DNA from: Telmatocola sphagniphila
GTDB taxonomy: Bacteria > Planctomycetota > Planctomycetia > Gemmatales > Gemmataceae
Assembly (NCBI RefSeq): GCF_018398935.1
Contig: NZ_CP074694.1
Coordinates: 5,220,001-5,252,000 of the forward strand
DNA: 32,000 bases
Direction of reading: 5' to 3'
Position numbers and translations under genes: made by a program. This document shows positions 31,086 through 32,000 of this stretch, in pieces; positions within the stretch are counted from its first letter, which is position 1, and the number at the start of each line of letters is the position of its first letter. A model generated the notes under the pieces. That model searched no databases. It was not told the DNA's origin and was given only the letters and a program-made list of their open reading frames with translations.

Positions 31086-32000
31086 ATGCGGTCTCACAAT
31101 CGAAAAGGCTTTACATTAATTGAGCTATTGGTGGTTATTGCCATCATTGCCATCCTTATCGGCCTTCTGTTGCCCGCCGTGCAGAAAGTGCGCGAAGCCG
31201 CCGCACGTATGAAGTGCAGCAACAATATGAAGCAGATTGGTCTGGCGAATATGAATTACGAAAGCGCCTATGGTGCTTTTCTGCCGGGGATCAGCCGAAG
31301 TGGTTGTTGCTGGGGCACTTGGATGATACCCATTCTCCCCTACATGGAACAAACTAATCTCTTCAACATTTACGTCGGCTTTGGCGGTCAGGGTTATGCC
31401 ACACTCGGCGCTTCGCCCCGTTATGCCAGTTCCCCGAACGATCAGGTCAGCACCCAAAGACTGAGCACCTTTACCTGTCCGAGCGACACCCCGCAGACCT
31501 GGGCCGGCGGCACACTTACCATGCATAACTACGCACTGAATGCCGGTAATACGAATCTCTACCAGACCAGCATGCCCTTTGGATGCTCGGGAGGCTCGAC
31601 TGTCGGCGCTAATGGTTGTGTAACTTTCGGAGGCTCCCCCTTCGGATGGTACGAAGACCCGGCTGCATTGGCTTCCGGAGGTGATTCCTCCCCCTCCGAT
31701 TACAACAATGGTAATCCCGCTAGCGGAGTCATGGGTAAACCGCGTGCGATCACATCCATCACGGATGGGACCAGCAATACCCTTTGCGTCAGCGAAATTA
31801 TTCAAGGGCCCAGCAGTGGTGATATCCGCGGTTTTACCTGGTGGGGAGGGGCCGCCGGGGTCACCACTTACCAGACACCGAACAACGATAGCGCCCCGGA
31901 CGTTATGACCGGTGGCGGTTGCGGCGGGGCCTCGATCACTGGATATGCAACTTCTCCCAAGATGCCCTGTACCACGACATCAACCTCCAGCTTGGCGCGG
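31086..32000 (+). CDS. DUF1559 domain protein with prepilin-type N-terminal cleavage/methylation motif (3' end beyond window)
   Basis: Absent from the ORF track because no stop codon is reached. Translation from ATG 31086 gives [68 protein letters not shown]...[12 protein letters not shown]...TCPSD...[19 protein letters not shown] lies 6 nt upstream. The frame stays open to base 32000. Confidence 0.9.
   Translation, partial: MRSHNRKGFTLIELLVVIAIIAILIGLLLPAVQKVREAAARMKCSNNMKQIGLANMNYESAYGAFLPGISRSGCCWGTWMIPILPYMEQTNLFNIYVGFGGQGYATLGASPRYASSPNDQVSTQRLSTFTCPSDTPQTWAGGTLTMHNYALNAGNTNLYQTSMPFGCSGGSTVGANGCVTFGGSPFGWYEDPAALASGGDSSPSDYNNGNPASGVMGKPRAITSITDGTSNTLCVSEIIQGPSSGDIRGFTWWGGAAGVTTYQTPNNDSAPDVMTGGGCGGASITGYATSPKMPCTTTSTSSLAR

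Overview
The window looks like a chromosomal segment from a Planctomycetota-type genome. The hallmarks are DUF1559 proteins with prepilin-type N-termini, a TIGR03067-like protein, Planctomycete-style ECF sigma factors and ECF-linked Ser/Thr kinases. GC is moderate by eye and was not computed. I support about 26 protein-coding genes and found no rRNA, tRNA, CRISPR array, transposase or integrase.

Gene content in order:
- an ECF sigma / RskA-like anti-sigma pair
- a hypothetical protein
- a tandem pair of unusual single-polypeptide ECF sigma - TM - DUF1559 - coiled-coil proteins
- a minus-strand run: membrane-anchored hypothetical, phosphohexomutase, flavoprotein oxidoreductase, FwdC/FhcC-like protein
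- a Ser/Thr kinase with TPR repeats
- an overlapping ECF sigma + Ser/Thr kinase pair, where the kinase carries LTXXQ repeats
- a secreted metallophosphoesterase
- three small accessory proteins: SUFU-like, TIGR03067-like and possibly DUF4261-like
- a class-III aminotransferase
- a 3-gene hydroxyproline catabolic cluster: FAD dehydrogenase, 2-Cys epimerase, DHDPS-family deaminase
- an acyl-CoA desaturase, rpsU and a small membrane protein
- a lipoprotein + pilin-type DUF1559 pair that runs off the 3' edge

Two signals seem most novel:
1. The 730-bp non-coding gap at 27563-28292 holds a base-perfect sigma-54 -24/-12 promoter. It is followed by a ~210-nt highly structured RNA that ends in an intrinsic terminator. 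Three apical loops of this RNA all display GCGAGU.
2. The duplicated membrane-spanning sigma factors use a DUF1559 domain as their extracytoplasmic module.

All calls rest on reading the sequence and the ORF translations by eye. No database search or folding program was run.
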